In this document: in pieces, positions 45,144 to 57,100 of the stretch | Numbering within the stretch: the first letter of the stretch is position 1 | Layout of the letters: each line of letters begins with the position of its first letter | Translations under genes and position numbers: made by a program | IMG/VR virus record: IMGVR_UViG_3300009285_016375 | Coordinates: 1-64,000 of that record | Reading direction: 5' to 3' (one strand) | Length of the DNA: 64,000 nucleotides | Source: a virus | Notes under the pieces: model-generated | Databases searched by the model: none | Told to the model about the DNA's origin: nothing | The model's input: the letters and a program-made list of their open reading frames with translations, nothing else

Positions 45144-46277
45144 ATGCCCTTGCCCATTGAAGCTTTGCCGGCAGTGTTTGCAGGAACGCAGTTCACCGTG
45201 AATGCCGGGCTGTGCGCCAAGGCCATTCCGAGCGTGATTGCGTTCATGGAAGCGCGGGCGGCCCTGCTGGAGTATCTGGTGCGGGAGAGCGACGGCTTGG
45301 TGTCGGACGAGATGGCCAGGGATTTGCAGGCGCTGACTTGTTTGGATGCCTCCAGCGGCGGCAACGGCGGCAGCACCTGCCCGAACCCGCACCTGGTGGC
45401 GACGGTGACCGCAGCGCCGACACAACTGACGCTGGCGGTGAGCGGAAGCAATCTGAGTGCGGGCTGGGCGTGGTCGCTGTACCGCAAGGGGGAGGAAGCA
45501 GAGGCCTGGCCGGGCAGCCCGCAATACAGCGGCACGACCGCGAGCGCTACCGTGACGCAGGTGGATGCCGGGCTGGCCAATGGAGAAGATTACTTTTACA
45601 AGATGGTGGTGCAAAAGCCTGGGTGCCCGGCTTACACGGTGGAGATGAGCGGCACGCCCGACGCCATTACGGTGAACCCAGCCATCCAGGTGGAAGCACT
45701 GCAAGTGGAGTGCGCTTGGGTGCGGCTGCGGGTCACGACGGGCGGCGGCGGGGTGACCAGCGCCATGCAGGCCGACTTTTACGTGCGCACCCAGACTGAC
45801 GGCGTCTGGAGCGAGTGGGCGCTGGGGCAGGAGAACGTGGGCTCTTCCACGTGTCCCGGCGGGGCCGGGGTGTGTTTCACGGCGGCAATAGACGTGACTG
45901 GGACCTACCAGCAGGTGCAGGCTAAAGCGGTGGTGAAGCAAGGGGCTGCGACCACGGAGGTGTTGGCCACGGCCATGGCGGTGGCGTACCCGCCGGGGCC
46001 GCCGGTGTTGGAACCGCGGGTGGGGGCTTGGCTCGCCTGGTCGGCTAATCCTGGCTGCGGCACGACGGTGGCGTATAGGCTGGAAGTGGCCGGGCTGCCC
46101 ACGGGCGGGCAGTGGGTGGGGGTTTATGCCGGGCCGGCGACGGGATACTACGCGCCCGAGGTGGCGCGAGCCGTGGCGGGCAACTGGGCCGGGCAGTTGG
46201 CGCATTTCCGGGTGAGCGGCCGGAGCGCTCAAGGGGGATTCAGCCTGCCGACAGCGCTGGGGGCTTTCATCATGTAA
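45144..46277 (+). CDS. fibronectin-III-like virion protein (paralog of 44039-45142)
   Basis: Shares LQA..C, LANG..Y.Y.M.V.K.GCP and SGTP motifs with the previous gene. Confidence 0.65.
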   Translation: MPLPIEALPAVFAGTQFTVNAGLCAKAIPSVIAFMEARAALLEYLVRESDGLVSDEMARDLQALTCLDASSGGNGGSTCPNPHLVATVTAAPTQLTLAVSGSNLSAGWAWSLYRKGEEAEAWPGSPQYSGTTASATVTQVDAGLANGEDYFYKMVVQKPGCPAYTVEMSGTPDAITVNPAIQVEALQVECAWVRLRVTTGGGGVTSAMQADFYVRTQTDGVWSEWALGQENVGSSTCPGGAGVCFTAAIDVTGTYQQVQAKAVVKQGAATTEVLATAMAVAYPPGPPVLEPRVGAWLAWSANPGCGTTVAYRLEVAGLPTGGQWVGVYAGPATGYYAPEVARAVAGNWAGQLAHFRVSGRSAQGGFSLPTALGAFIM

Positions 46278-46292
46278 CCTCCCTCTTCCGAT

Positions 46293-48347
46293 ATGAGCGC
46301 ACTCAAACCGATTTCACTCAAACCTTTCACCGGCCTCCTGGACGTGCGGAGCCCGCCCGACCTGATGCCGGCAGGGTCCTGGCGGCGGCGGCTGAACTGG
46401 ATGACGGTGGAGACCCACAAGCTGGGCCGGAGGGACGGCTGGCGGCGGTTCTTGTATTCGGCCAGCGGCTATCACAACGCCGACTGGCACGACCAGTTGC
46501 TGGCGCTGGTGCCGGGGGCGACCCGGGAACCCTGCACGTTGCTCAAGGAACTCGTGACGACTTGGGGCACGCGTTACCTTTTGGCGGGCTCGGCCAGCCG
46601 GCTGTATCAGTTGAACGAGACCACCGGCAACTGGAAGATGCTAGGGCACAGCTTCGGCGCCGGCCACCCGGATCCGGGCAGCTTGCGCTGGCAAGCTGCG
46701 CAGGTGCTGAACACGGTGGTGTTGACCAACAACTGGGACGCGCCGGTCAGTTACACCATCGACGCGGAGCCCGACGCCGACGGCCAAACGGTCTCGGCCC
46801 TGGCCGACTTGGACCTGATCGGCCTGAGCAAAGCGGGGGCCGTGGGTGTGTTCAAGGACATCGTGATTTTCGGCAATGTGATCCTGGAGGGAGGCCGCCA
46901 GGAGAATTTGCTGGTCTGGAGTGATCGTCTGGCGCCGGCCTCGTTTGATCCCTCGAAGGCCGGCACGCTGGCGGACAGCCAGGCGCTGGCTTACGGCGAG
47001 CGCATCGAGCGGATCGAGGAGTTCGGGGATTACGTGCTGGTGTACACCAACCAGCGGATTTGGCGCGGGGCGGCCACCGGAGACCCGGACCAAAGCACCC
47101 TGGCCTTTGTGACGGTGTACGAGTCGCCCGAGAAGGCGCGCGGCTACCGGTGCCTGGCGTATCCTTACACGCTGGTTTCGACCGGAGCCGAGCATTACTA
47201 CTTGGGGCGGGACGGCATCTATCGGGTGACCGGTTTCACGGCGCCGAGCAACCCGCCGGAACGGGTGGGCTGGGCGCACCTGGCCAGCGACCTGATCTTT
47301 CGCAGCGGGGAACTGGATGCGACCAACTGCCACGCGCACGTGGGGGTGTATTGGAGCGCCCGGCAGGAAGTGCAGTTTTTTTGGGCGGTGCCCGGCGCCA
47401 GCACGCCCGGACACGGGCTGGCCTTGGATTTCGGGGATCGCACTGCCCACGAACTGGACTACGGCCTGACCGCGGGCTGCGAGTTTCGGTCGGACAGCCG
47501 CATCTCGTATCGGGACTGGATTCGGCAAAGCTGCGGGTGCGATGTGGCCGCCTTGCCCGCTGGCTTTGCCCTGGAGGGGTTGCCGGCCAGCGACGTGGCC
47601 TGCGACTCGACGCCGGCGGTCTGGTTGACCAGCGCCACCGAAACCCTGGATGGCTTGGCGACCGAGCGGTGGGACACGCTCTCGCCTGAGGCCGGGGCCT
47701 GGGCCGACGGCGAGGAGGTGCTGGGCAAACGGGCGGACCACTTTTGCGCGGGCTGCAATGAGGCGGCGGTGCTGGTGGTGGCCGCCGGCAGCGATTACGC
47801 GCTGAAGCAGTGCGGCGGGGTGTACCAATTCGAGCGGTGCAGCAATGCGGGCAGCGGCAGCGGCACCCTGGATGGAAACGGGCGCTATCAATCGTTTGCC
47901 GGCACGTACGAGAGCGACGGGTATCTGAGTGTGCTGACCTCCGGGCCGCTGGCTTTGGGCGAACCGGGCCTGGAAAAAGCGATCCGCCGCTTCATTCTGG
48001 ACGCCGAGCCGGCCGTGCAAGCCACCCCCTCGGCGGTGTCGTTGCGGATCGGAACCAGTTACTCGCCGTTGGACCCGCTCAACAGCGCCGCCGGCGAGAT
48101 CATTTGGACGCACCCGCGAGCGGTGTTATTGGCCTCAGCCCAGAAACGGACGGCCGCCGAATACCAGGCCAAAGGCACGCGGCCGGGCAGCGGGCTGAAC
48201 TGGCCGCTCTTTGCCAAAGGCAGATACCTGTATTTGGAGCTGAGCATCGGCAGCCTGCAGGAGGCGAATGACCTGCGCAGCAATTTGTTGCCGGGCACGG
48301 GCGGAGCCTGTAATGTGTCGGGAGCCTTGCTCCATGTGGTAAAATGA
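46293..48347 (+). CDS. putative tail nozzle / DNA stabilization protein (podovirus type)
   Basis: FTGL...SPP.LMP.G......N......KLGRRDGW N-terminus, LVWSD, YYLGRDGIYR, KGRYL; lies before the ejection genes. Confidence 0.65.
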   Translation: MSALKPISLKPFTGLLDVRSPPDLMPAGSWRRRLNWMTVETHKLGRRDGWRRFLYSASGYHNADWHDQLLALVPGATREPCTLLKELVTTWGTRYLLAGSASRLYQLNETTGNWKMLGHSFGAGHPDPGSLRWQAAQVLNTVVLTNNWDAPVSYTIDAEPDADGQTVSALADLDLIGLSKAGAVGVFKDIVIFGNVILEGGRQENLLVWSDRLAPASFDPSKAGTLADSQALAYGERIERIEEFGDYVLVYTNQRIWRGAATGDPDQSTLAFVTVYESPEKARGYRCLAYPYTLVSTGAEHYYLGRDGIYRVTGFTAPSNPPERVGWAHLASDLIFRSGELDATNCHAHVGVYWSARQEVQFFWAVPGASTPGHGLALDFGDRTAHELDYGLTAGCEFRSDSRISYRDWIRQSCGCDVAALPAGFALEGLPASDVACDSTPAVWLTSATETLDGLATERWDTLSPEAGAWADGEEVLGKRADHFCAGCNEAAVLVVAAGSDYALKQCGGVYQFERCSNAGSGSGTLDGNGRYQSFAGTYESDGYLSVLTSGPLALGEPGLEKAIRRFILDAEPAVQATPSAVSLRIGTSYSPLDPLNSAAGEIIWTHPRAVLLASAQKRTAAEYQAKGTRPGSGLNWPLFAKGRYLYLELSIGSLQEANDLRSNLLPGTGGACNVSGALLHVVK

Positions 48348-48541
48348 CGACGCCGGGCGGAAACATTCCTGGGGCTGGCAGTGGGCCACTGCGGTTGCCG
48401 CTGCCGCGCCTGCCCTTGCTCCCTTTGCCGGAGAAGCTCAAGCAGATCGCGCCCGAGCTGGCCGAGTGGGAACGAGGGCAGCAAGAGGCCTTCGAGCAAT
48501 ACCGGCGGGAACTGGACGTGTATATGAAAGGACTGAGTTAG
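48344..48541 (+). CDS. small hypothetical protein
   Basis: Coupled on both sides. Confidence 0.55.
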   Translation: MTTPGGNIPGAGSGPLRLPLPRLPLLPLPEKLKQIAPELAEWERGQQEAFEQYRRELDVYMKGLS

Positions 48542-48542
48542 T

Positions 48543-50093
48543 ATGGCTTTAGATCGAGACCCTTACCCGCGGGCGTTTCTGAATGATCGGCCCGCGTTTC
48601 AAACCTATGGCGGGGTGGTAGATGACTTTGCCAGGCAGATGCAGGAGCAAGCCAATCGCACTGGCATGCCGCGCTGGGCTGGAGGCCGGGCGATTGTCCC
48701 CACTGGCGGCTTTGTGGCCCCCGGTTATGAGGCAGCGTTTCGGGCCTTGGGCGGCCAAGGCGCGCGCACTTCCATTGGCGACATCAGACCCATCCGGATC
48801 AGCAAGGACCCCGCCCTCAGCGCCAGCCTGGCCAATGTGATCGGCGATTTGGGCACCGACCAGGCGCTGGGCCGGCAGGAGTTTGATCGGTGGATGGGGC
48901 AGCAAAACAGAACCAACCAGCAGATTCAGGCGGATATTGAGCGGGTCAGCCAGCCGGTGAACCGCTTGTTGAGCGGCGACCTGGGGCGTGAGTTGGCCAC
49001 AGGCCGGGAGAGCTACCGGGGCGCCCTGAGCGGCTTGATCGGGCAGCAGTTCAATACCGTCAGCGGTCTCCGGGATGCTGACCTGGCCAAACGCAGCGCC
49101 TTGATTGAGGGGTTGGAAGGGGACTTGGGCGGAACCAACCAGCGCGGTTTGGATGAGATGCTGGGGAGGATTACCGGGCTGGAAAGCATGTTGGGGTCGA
49201 AGAACCAGGACATCTTGCGGAATGCGCTGGCCCAAAACGCCTACAATGTCAATGACCTGTTCTCGCTGCAAAAAAAGGCCGGCCTGGTGCCGGGCACGGC
49301 GTATTCGGCCCGGGGCGCGCTGGGCGAGGCGGGCCGGCTGGGGGCCGATTTGCGGCTGCGGCTGGGCGACATCGAACGGGAGGATGTGAACCGGTTGGCG
49401 GCCCTGCGGTTGGGTGTATCCGAGAAAGGCCTGGATTTGCGCCGGGGCGATTTGGCCAACATCTACAACCAACGGGCGCCGTTGCTGGCGGGATACTCGG
49501 CTGGGCAGATTTCCGATGCCACCAGCCGGGCCTTGGCGGAGATGGACCTGGAAGGAACGCTGTTCAACGCCGGGAGGGGCGACACGATGGGGGTGCTGAA
49601 CGCGCAACTGGGGGCGGCCAACATTCTGCCCGCGCTGCGCACCAGTGCGTTAAACACCGGCTGGCAAGGCCTCAGCGCCCGGCAAGCACTGGGTGCGGGA
49701 CAACTGGCGAACCTCGGCGCGGCGGGCAATGTGCTGAATAACATTGACTGGCTGGGGTTGGATGATGGGCGGGCGGATTCCCCGTATCTGCCCAGCCGAC
49801 GCAGCTATCCGCAGTTGCCGTTGTGGGCGGAGAATTTTGAGCAGCCCATGAGCGCGGCCTTGCAGCCCAGGCCTGGGTTTGATTACAGCCAGCCTTGGCT
49901 GAACCCGAATGCCTGGGGAGATTACCGGAACCGGACTCCGGCCCAACAGAGGGCCTTTGACACGGCCGGCAATTATTATGAGGAAAGCGGGCCAGCCAAC
50001 TACAATTGGCAGACGTGGAACTCGGATTTCATTGGGCCGAGGCCGGAGTATTACCCGAACGGGGCTCCGGCCCGCGTGATTTCGGACGAGTAG
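48543..50093 (+). CDS. putative ejection (DNA pilot) protein
   Basis: G/A/Q/L-rich helical composition and position. Confidence 0.6.
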   Translation: MALDRDPYPRAFLNDRPAFQTYGGVVDDFARQMQEQANRTGMPRWAGGRAIVPTGGFVAPGYEAAFRALGGQGARTSIGDIRPIRISKDPALSASLANVIGDLGTDQALGRQEFDRWMGQQNRTNQQIQADIERVSQPVNRLLSGDLGRELATGRESYRGALSGLIGQQFNTVSGLRDADLAKRSALIEGLEGDLGGTNQRGLDEMLGRITGLESMLGSKNQDILRNALAQNAYNVNDLFSLQKKAGLVPGTAYSARGALGEAGRLGADLRLRLGDIEREDVNRLAALRLGVSEKGLDLRRGDLANIYNQRAPLLAGYSAGQISDATSRALAEMDLEGTLFNAGRGDTMGVLNAQLGAANILPALRTSALNTGWQGLSARQALGAGQLANLGAAGNVLNNIDWLGLDDGRADSPYLPSRRSYPQLPLWAENFEQPMSAALQPRPGFDYSQPWLNPNAWGDYRNRTPAQQRAFDTAGNYYEESGPANYNWQTWNSDFIGPRPEYYPNGAPARVISDE

Positions 50094-50141
50094 GAAATAT
50101 CAAGGCGAACTGCTCCCGCGGTCCGCCAGGAGATAAATGTT

Positions 50142-51122
50142 ATGGCCATTGCAGGACCTGTGTACGATCAACTGAACGCGAGCAACCAGTGGCGAATAGG
50201 CCGTGGGGAAAACTGGGGCCGCTACGAGACACAACAGGACGCCGCTCAAGCGGCGTGGCTGAACAGTTTGGCCGAGCAAGCCTGGAGCCGCCGGATGCAG
50301 CAGATGAACACGGCCCGGCTCCAGCAGTTGGACCAGCAAGCGCTCTTGAACCAGTCCTGGCAGCGGGCGTTCAACGAGCGGCAACTGGGAGAGCAAGCCC
50401 AAGACCGGAACCGCTATTGGGATGCCCTGACCGGCGCGCAAGCCAGGGAGGACAACGCGGAGCGGACGGCCACGTCCCGGAGTTTGGCAGAGGCCGACCA
50501 GCAGGCGCGAGCGCTGCCCTTGGCCCGGCCTGACCTCATGGCCCGATACCAGAATTTGACTGCCGGTGAATATGACCGGCTGGCGGCCGCGGCCGCCGCC
50601 CAAAACCAGGGCGAGACCGAGGAGTTCCAGGCCGTGGAGAATGCGGCTAAGCTGCTGAACCTGCCCGAACCCACTGCGGAAGAATTGGCTGAAATGGAGG
50701 CTTTGCAGTTGCGGGGCTTCTGGGGGGGCCGGAATGTGCCCGGGGAGCAGCGTGTTTTTAAGCTGGCGGAGAAATACGTCCGGCCCTTGGGCCAGCCAGT
50801 GGCGGCCGATCCAGAATTGGCCCTGAACCAACTGCGCCAAGCCATGACCAGCGAACTGAAGCGGCGCCGGGACGCTGGCACTCTCCTGGCCAAGGGCCTG
50901 CCGAGCGGCGCGCTGACTTTCACGGAGCAGGGATACCGACCGGCCTTCGCGGCGCCAAGGCGGCCGCTCTTGGGCACCAACGCCCCGGCCGCCCGGCCGC
51001 TGCGGCCGCCGGCCACTGGCGTTCCGCCTACTTATCCCAACGAGGCGGCGGCGTGGGCGGCCGGGCACCAACCAGGAGATCGTGTGCGTTTGCCGGGAGT
51101 GGGCTTGGTGGAGTTGGAGTAG
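50142..51122 (+). CDS. putative ejection protein
   Basis: Q/A-rich coiled coil and position. Confidence 0.6.
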   Translation: MAIAGPVYDQLNASNQWRIGRGENWGRYETQQDAAQAAWLNSLAEQAWSRRMQQMNTARLQQLDQQALLNQSWQRAFNERQLGEQAQDRNRYWDALTGAQAREDNAERTATSRSLAEADQQARALPLARPDLMARYQNLTAGEYDRLAAAAAAQNQGETEEFQAVENAAKLLNLPEPTAEELAEMEALQLRGFWGGRNVPGEQRVFKLAEKYVRPLGQPVAADPELALNQLRQAMTSELKRRRDAGTLLAKGLPSGALTFTEQGYRPAFAAPRRPLLGTNAPAARPLRPPATGVPPTYPNEAAAWAAGHQPGDRVRLPGVGLVELE

Positions 51123-51125
51123 CTG

Positions 51126-54100
51126 ATGGGTTACAAGATTATTGAGCCGGAACCTGTTTTGGGTCGTTATCGGGTCATTGAGCCGGAAACGAACCGACCC
51201 CGTTATCGAGTCATCGAGCCGGATCAGCTTATCACGCCAATGGGGACGCCAGAGACCCCAGATGATTACAGCATCCCGGCTGAGGTGGGCAAGGGCATCG
51301 TGCGCGGGCTGGCGCGGGGGGTAGCCGCCGTGCCCAGGTTCGGCGGAGACGTGGCCGATGCGGTGCGCCGGTGGGTGGGATCAAGCCCCGAAGCGCCGGG
51401 GCCATTGGATACAGCCATCGGCGGGAGGAAGAGCGCGCTCAGCCTGCTGGGCGATGTGATTGACGAGACAGTGGCGGAAGCCTTGCCGGCCCGGAAACCG
51501 GAGAGCTTTTGGCTGGGGGTGGTGCCGGAAGCCATCGGGCAGGTGGTGCCAATGGCAGGGGCCGGGCTGGGGGCCGGGCTGGCCCGCAAGGGCGCTGGCC
51601 TGGCGGCGCAAATGAGCGCCGCCACCGCCGCCAGTACGGCCGTGGGTTTCATGGCTGAGTTCGATGACGCGTTCCAACGCGAGACCGAACGGCAACAGAA
51701 AGCCGGCGAGAACGATCCTGATTTGGCTTTTGTCAAGGCGCTGAACTACGGGACCATTGCCGCCGCTTTAGAAGGCAGGTTTGGGGCGGGACGCCTGGCC
51801 CGGAAATGGGTGGAACGGTTTGGCGGGGAGAGCATCAATGAGTTGGCGAAGCGCGGGGTGAGCGGGGGGATGATCGGAAGATTTCTGGGGCGCACGGCGG
51901 GAGACGCCGCCACCCAAGGACTGGAAGAAGCTGCCCAACGGCTGGCTCAGAACGTGATCATTGAAGGTCCTCTGTTACCGCCGGAAAAGTTGATGGAAGG
52001 GATCGGCACGGAGGGCGGGGCAGGCGCCGTGGTGGGAACGCTGTTGGGGTTTCCCGCCAACATACCCCGGCGGGGGCGCATACCGGTGCAGAGGATGCCG
52101 TCACGTTTGCCGCCAGAAAGCCTGGCACCGGGGCACGTGCAGAGCGAAGCACTGGTCGAACTGGGCGTTGGCCCGGCGCCAGATGAGCGCGGACGAATTC
52201 CCATCACGACCGGAAACCAGTATGCCATTCAAAAGCCAAGCCCAGCGGCGCTACCTGTGGGCCAAACACCCCAAGCTGGCGCGCCGGTGGAGCCAGACGA
52301 AGAAACGACGGGGAAGGATACCGGTGGAGTAGCGCCGGTCTGGACGCCGCAGGCTACCGCAGCAGCGCGCCAGGCACTCCGGGGCAACCTGCAAGGCCGC
52401 ACGGTCAATGTGCCGCAGGAACAGTGGGCCGCTCCTTCCGTGCATTTGCAGTATTTGTTTGGGGCCCAGGCTCCTACCTGGAACGATTTGGTGGCCGCTG
52501 GTGTGCTGGAACTCACCGATCCAGCGGCCCCCGCCGCCCCCGGCGATTTGGGGGTGCGCTTGAAAAGAGAGCAGCCAGCCAACGCACCCACAGAACCCGC
52601 ACCCGCCGCTTCACCCAGCCTGAAAGTTTGGAAAGCTGGCCAGACCGGAATCGGTAGAGGTGGAATGCAATATTTCGCGCTTTCAAAAGAGCTTGCGGAC
52701 AAATTCTCAGAAGGGGGCGAGTTTGGGCGACCGGGCGCTGTGGTTACGGAGACTCAATTGCCAGAAGGCTCAATGGTGTTTGATTGGAAGGCGTCAACTC
52801 CAGAAGAGAGAATCGAATTGAAGGCTTCTTCCTGGATTGAGCCAGACGGCTATCCGAACTGGCACTGGTTTGAAAACACTCCCGGCATTCAGGCGAAGCT
52901 CCGAGAGCTTGGATACAATGGGATCAAACTTTCAGAGGGAGAATCCAACGGCCTATCCATAGCCATTTTACCGGAATCCAAACCCGCCGCCCCCGCCGCT
53001 GTGAAGGCAGGCGAACTGCAAGGGGCGGTTCCCCCGGAGGCCCAGCCGCCGGAGTTGATGACGCCGGATTATTCGGCGCCCAGCGTTACACAAGATTTTT
53101 CCCCCGCTCCGGCCCCGGCAACTGCAAATGTAACGCAACTGAGCGACGCGACCATGCGCCCATCTGCCCCGCGCACAGCGGACCCAGGCACAGGGCCAAC
53201 ACCGAGCCAACAGGCCGCGGCGACCGGGGCGGGGGTGATTTTACACAATGAGCAACCTGAAATAGAGCTACAGCTCGATGAACTGGCCCAGTCCATCCCC
53301 TTCGATCCGGCCGCGACCATCGCCGGCCCGGTCTGGCAGGATGTGTCGGGCCAGGATTTCAGCAGCGCGGAATCACAGCGCACCTTACTGGCGGGGGCCC
53401 GGGCCGAGGGCGTGGGCGGAGGCGGCAGCCGCCAAGCCACTCAGCAGTCACACCGCTTGGTAGTTTTGACTAACCGGCAGGACGGTTCGCGCCACGCTGC
53501 CAGCGTTTACGGGTCGCACCGCCGAGTGTTTGCCACAGACCCGGCCACGGGCCAAGGCGTCCCGCTGGATACGTTGCTGCCGAAGTGGCAACCCACGCAC
53601 TGGTTTTATTCGGGCCCGGCGCGCAATAGGTATCGGCTGGCTCTGTCGCCCGCTCACTTCGCGGCGTTGCGGGCTCAAGGCGAGGCGCACCAGCAAAAGC
53701 TGGACAGCTATGAGGCGCCCAGCGAGGTGACTGGACCGGCCGTGCCCAGCGAGGAAGGGGAGGAAGGGGAGGAAGGGGAAGGTTTGCCGGCCAAGCCCAA
53801 GCCCAGTGCGCGGAAACCAATCGCAGAGGAAACAAAGCTGGGGCAGGTAGTGGCCAGCGCGGACTTGACTTTCACCCTGGCCCAGGCAGAGGAATTGCAT
53901 GAGTTGCTGGCCTGGCGCCCTGGGGACAGCGAACAGGATATTCGGGACGCGCTGGCGGACAACGCCACGGCGCGGCCAGTGAAAAACCTGTTGATAGCCG
54001 TGTCCGACAAGTTTTACCGCAATGAATACAAAGCCCTGGCAGCCATCACTGACCCCGCAGCCAAACCCGCAGCCAAAGACGCCTTTGACGCCACCGTGGC

Positions 54101-57100
54101 GGACCGGGCGGGCGGCCTCGTCGCGGGACTATTGGGAGCAACGGATGGCCGACCAGGTTTCGCGTCAGCGCTTGCAGGAGCACTGGCGCCGACCGAAACG
54201 CAACGGCCCACCCCAGAGCGGGCTGCGCCGGGGGCGGATACCAGTCAGCCAGAGGTAGCTCCCGGCACGCCGCAACCGCTCACGGCTCAGGAGACCGCCG
54301 AGGCCGCCCGGCTGGGCGTGCGGGAGGTAACGGTCCAAACTGAGGCGGAGGCGCTGGCTGCCATCAATGGGCAACGCCAAGCTTCCGGGCAGCCAACCCA
54401 AGCAGCCCAGGGCACCGAGGGGGCACTGGCGTTCTACGACCACGGGGTCATTTACTATGTGCGCGGGCAATTGGACGATGACGCCCTGTTTCGCGAGGTG
54501 CGCGCCGAAGAGATCGGACACCACATTCTGTCCGGGCCACAAGCCCAAGAGGTGATCGGGCAGATAGCCGATGATCCGGCCTTCGGTGCCGAGATGGAAG
54601 GCATGGCGCAGAGGTATCCCCGGTTTGAGGGCGAGAGCGAAGGGGCTTACCGGCTGCGTTTGGCCAATGAGCTTTTGGCCCAGTCACGCCGGACGGACCG
54701 GAATCTGTTCCAGCGGTTGCTGGACTGGATTGTCGAGCGCCTGGCGCAATGGCCGGGCATGGGGGAGTGGATCAAGGGCAGCGCGTCCAATCGGCAGGGG
54801 ATTCTCCGGGCCTTGATGCGGCGGGCCGAAGCGGGGTTCAGTGCGGCGGGACCGACGGCGCAGGCGATGGCTGCTACTATCAGCCCGCAACGGCAGGCCG
54901 AGATCATCGCCGCCCAGGCCGAGGCGGACGCGGCCCGCGCGGGGGGCAGGGCCCAGGTGCCTGCGCGGGAAGCCACTTTGTTCCACGCGGCCCAAGTGCT
55001 GCGGCGCGGGGCGGAAGCCACCTTGCAGCTCTGGCGCCAGGCCGTGACCCGGCTGGACACCTTGCGGTATCACAACAAAGAGTATGTCCGGGCCAGGAAA
55101 ACGCTGGAGGCGCTGCGCAGTTTCCTGCAGACCGAGTATCAGAAGCTGAGCCAGGGCGACAGGCTGGTCTTAAACCTGCCAGAAAAGGTGCCGGGGATTC
55201 TGGATGGTGAATTTGTAAATGCGCTGCAAACATTAGGTGTGGGCACGCGCTCAGCAGAGGCGGGAGCCGGCGAGTTCGTGATACCAGCGGATACCGAGGA
55301 GACGGCTGGCCGATTGAGCAGGCCCCCTGGACTCGGGGCGCTGGACGCAAACCGCATCCGGGCCCTACAGGCTGAGGTGCAGACCGAAAACCAGGCCCGC
55401 GGGTATGCCGCCCTGCTGCAGGAACAGGCCCGGTTGCGGGTGTGGCGGCGCTGGGGCACCCAGTTCGATTTGGGCGAGGAGTATCAGCAGGCCTGGGTGA
55501 GCCGGCAACGGGCAGTGGAAGAGCGCATGAAACGGATCCGCCAGGGCAACCCGGAAGCGGCCCGGCGCGGCCAGCAGATGTCTCGGGACCGGATCACGCG
55601 CGGGGAAGTGGGAGAGTTTGACCAGGCCAGCGAAGAAACCTGGCTGTCCCGGTTGGGAGAGTGGCAGGCGCAACAGCGGGCTTACGAGTCCGGCCCGGTG
55701 CGGCGGGCCTTCCGGCAAGGGCTGGAAGGGGCGCGGGCCTTGGCCGATCAATGGCAGACGCGGCTGGCCACGTTTGAGGAGGCGATGGCGGATCCGACTA
55801 TGCCGGAGGACGCCCGGCGCCGGCTGGCCGGGGAGGTGTTGGCCAGTTGGCGGCAGATGCAGGCTGAGCAGCAGCGCTTTGAAAACCTGTATGCCGGGCG
55901 GGCAGGCTTGTTGAAACAGATGCGCCAGCTCGAGGATCAGTTGGCCTCAGCCAAGATCACCCAAGGCGAGGCGGAAGGATTGATCGGCCGGGCCATAGCC
56001 GCCCTGAGCAGCGAAGCCGAGCGCGCTTGGGCGGTGATCCCCACCGGGCTGGAGCGGGTGTTGCTGGACAACGCCGAGGCCATTCGCTTGGCCGCCCGGC
56101 GGTTGGCTAAGTTGCCCGCCTGGCAGGGCACCCGCAACGCGCGGGCGGTGTTCGAGCGCTTGACCGAGCAGGGCCGGATTCTGCGGCAGGAACCCATGGG
56201 CCGGCCGGTGATGACCGGAGAACCTTTGGTGTTCGCCGCTGAGCTGGGGCTCTCCGAGGAGGCTTACACGGCCATGCTGTGGGCGCTCGAACATTCGGAG
56301 AGTTTTCGGGATGCCGTGGAAACGCTGGCCGAACTGGCGGATCAAAAGCTGGCCGAGGTGCCGGTGGTGCCGGTGCAGAGAATTGCCGAGTTGCTGGAGG
56401 CGGGCCAGGCAGAGCAGGCGCAAGCGGCTTTCGAGCAGTTGCGCCGGAAGCTGGGCAATCAAGCGGTGGCCGCCGAAAAGGCCCAGGCGCCCCTGACGCG
56501 CCAGTTGCTGAAACTGGCCGTGCAAGTGCGGGCGTTGGACCTGGGGCGCCAACTGTTCCAGGCTGTGCTGGGCGAGCCGGGCCAGCCTCAGGCGGAACTG
56601 ACCCGCCTGGTGCGGCAGGTGATCGAGCTGACTCTGGATCATCCGCCCATGATCGAGGCCAACGGGGACGGGACGACCTACCACGCCTTTCCCGGGCAGC
56701 CGGCGGTGACGGTGCGGGCGGCCAGTTGGCTGAGCCCAACCAAAACGCAGCGGTCTGTCAGCCAGTGGTATGAGCAGGCCGCAGAGTATTTGGCCGGGTT
56801 CGAGGCGGCGGAACTGGCGCAGGCGGCTAATCCGGGTCAACCGACCGCCGAGCAGCAGGGCTACGATTACGGGGTGGTGCTGGGCTTGCGGGAGGCGCTG
56901 GAACAGCAGGACAGCGACACCAACCATGCCTTGTTGCTGGATGAGGATCGTTACCAGATGTCGCGCTGGCAGGGTTGGAGCCAGAAGTTCAGTTACGGCC
57001 AGCAGATTTGGACCACCATCACCCATGCGGCCGGGCTGGGCCGCGGAGCGCTGCACCGCTGGGCCTTGGCGTTGGGGCGCGGCCAGGCCATCGGTTCGCG

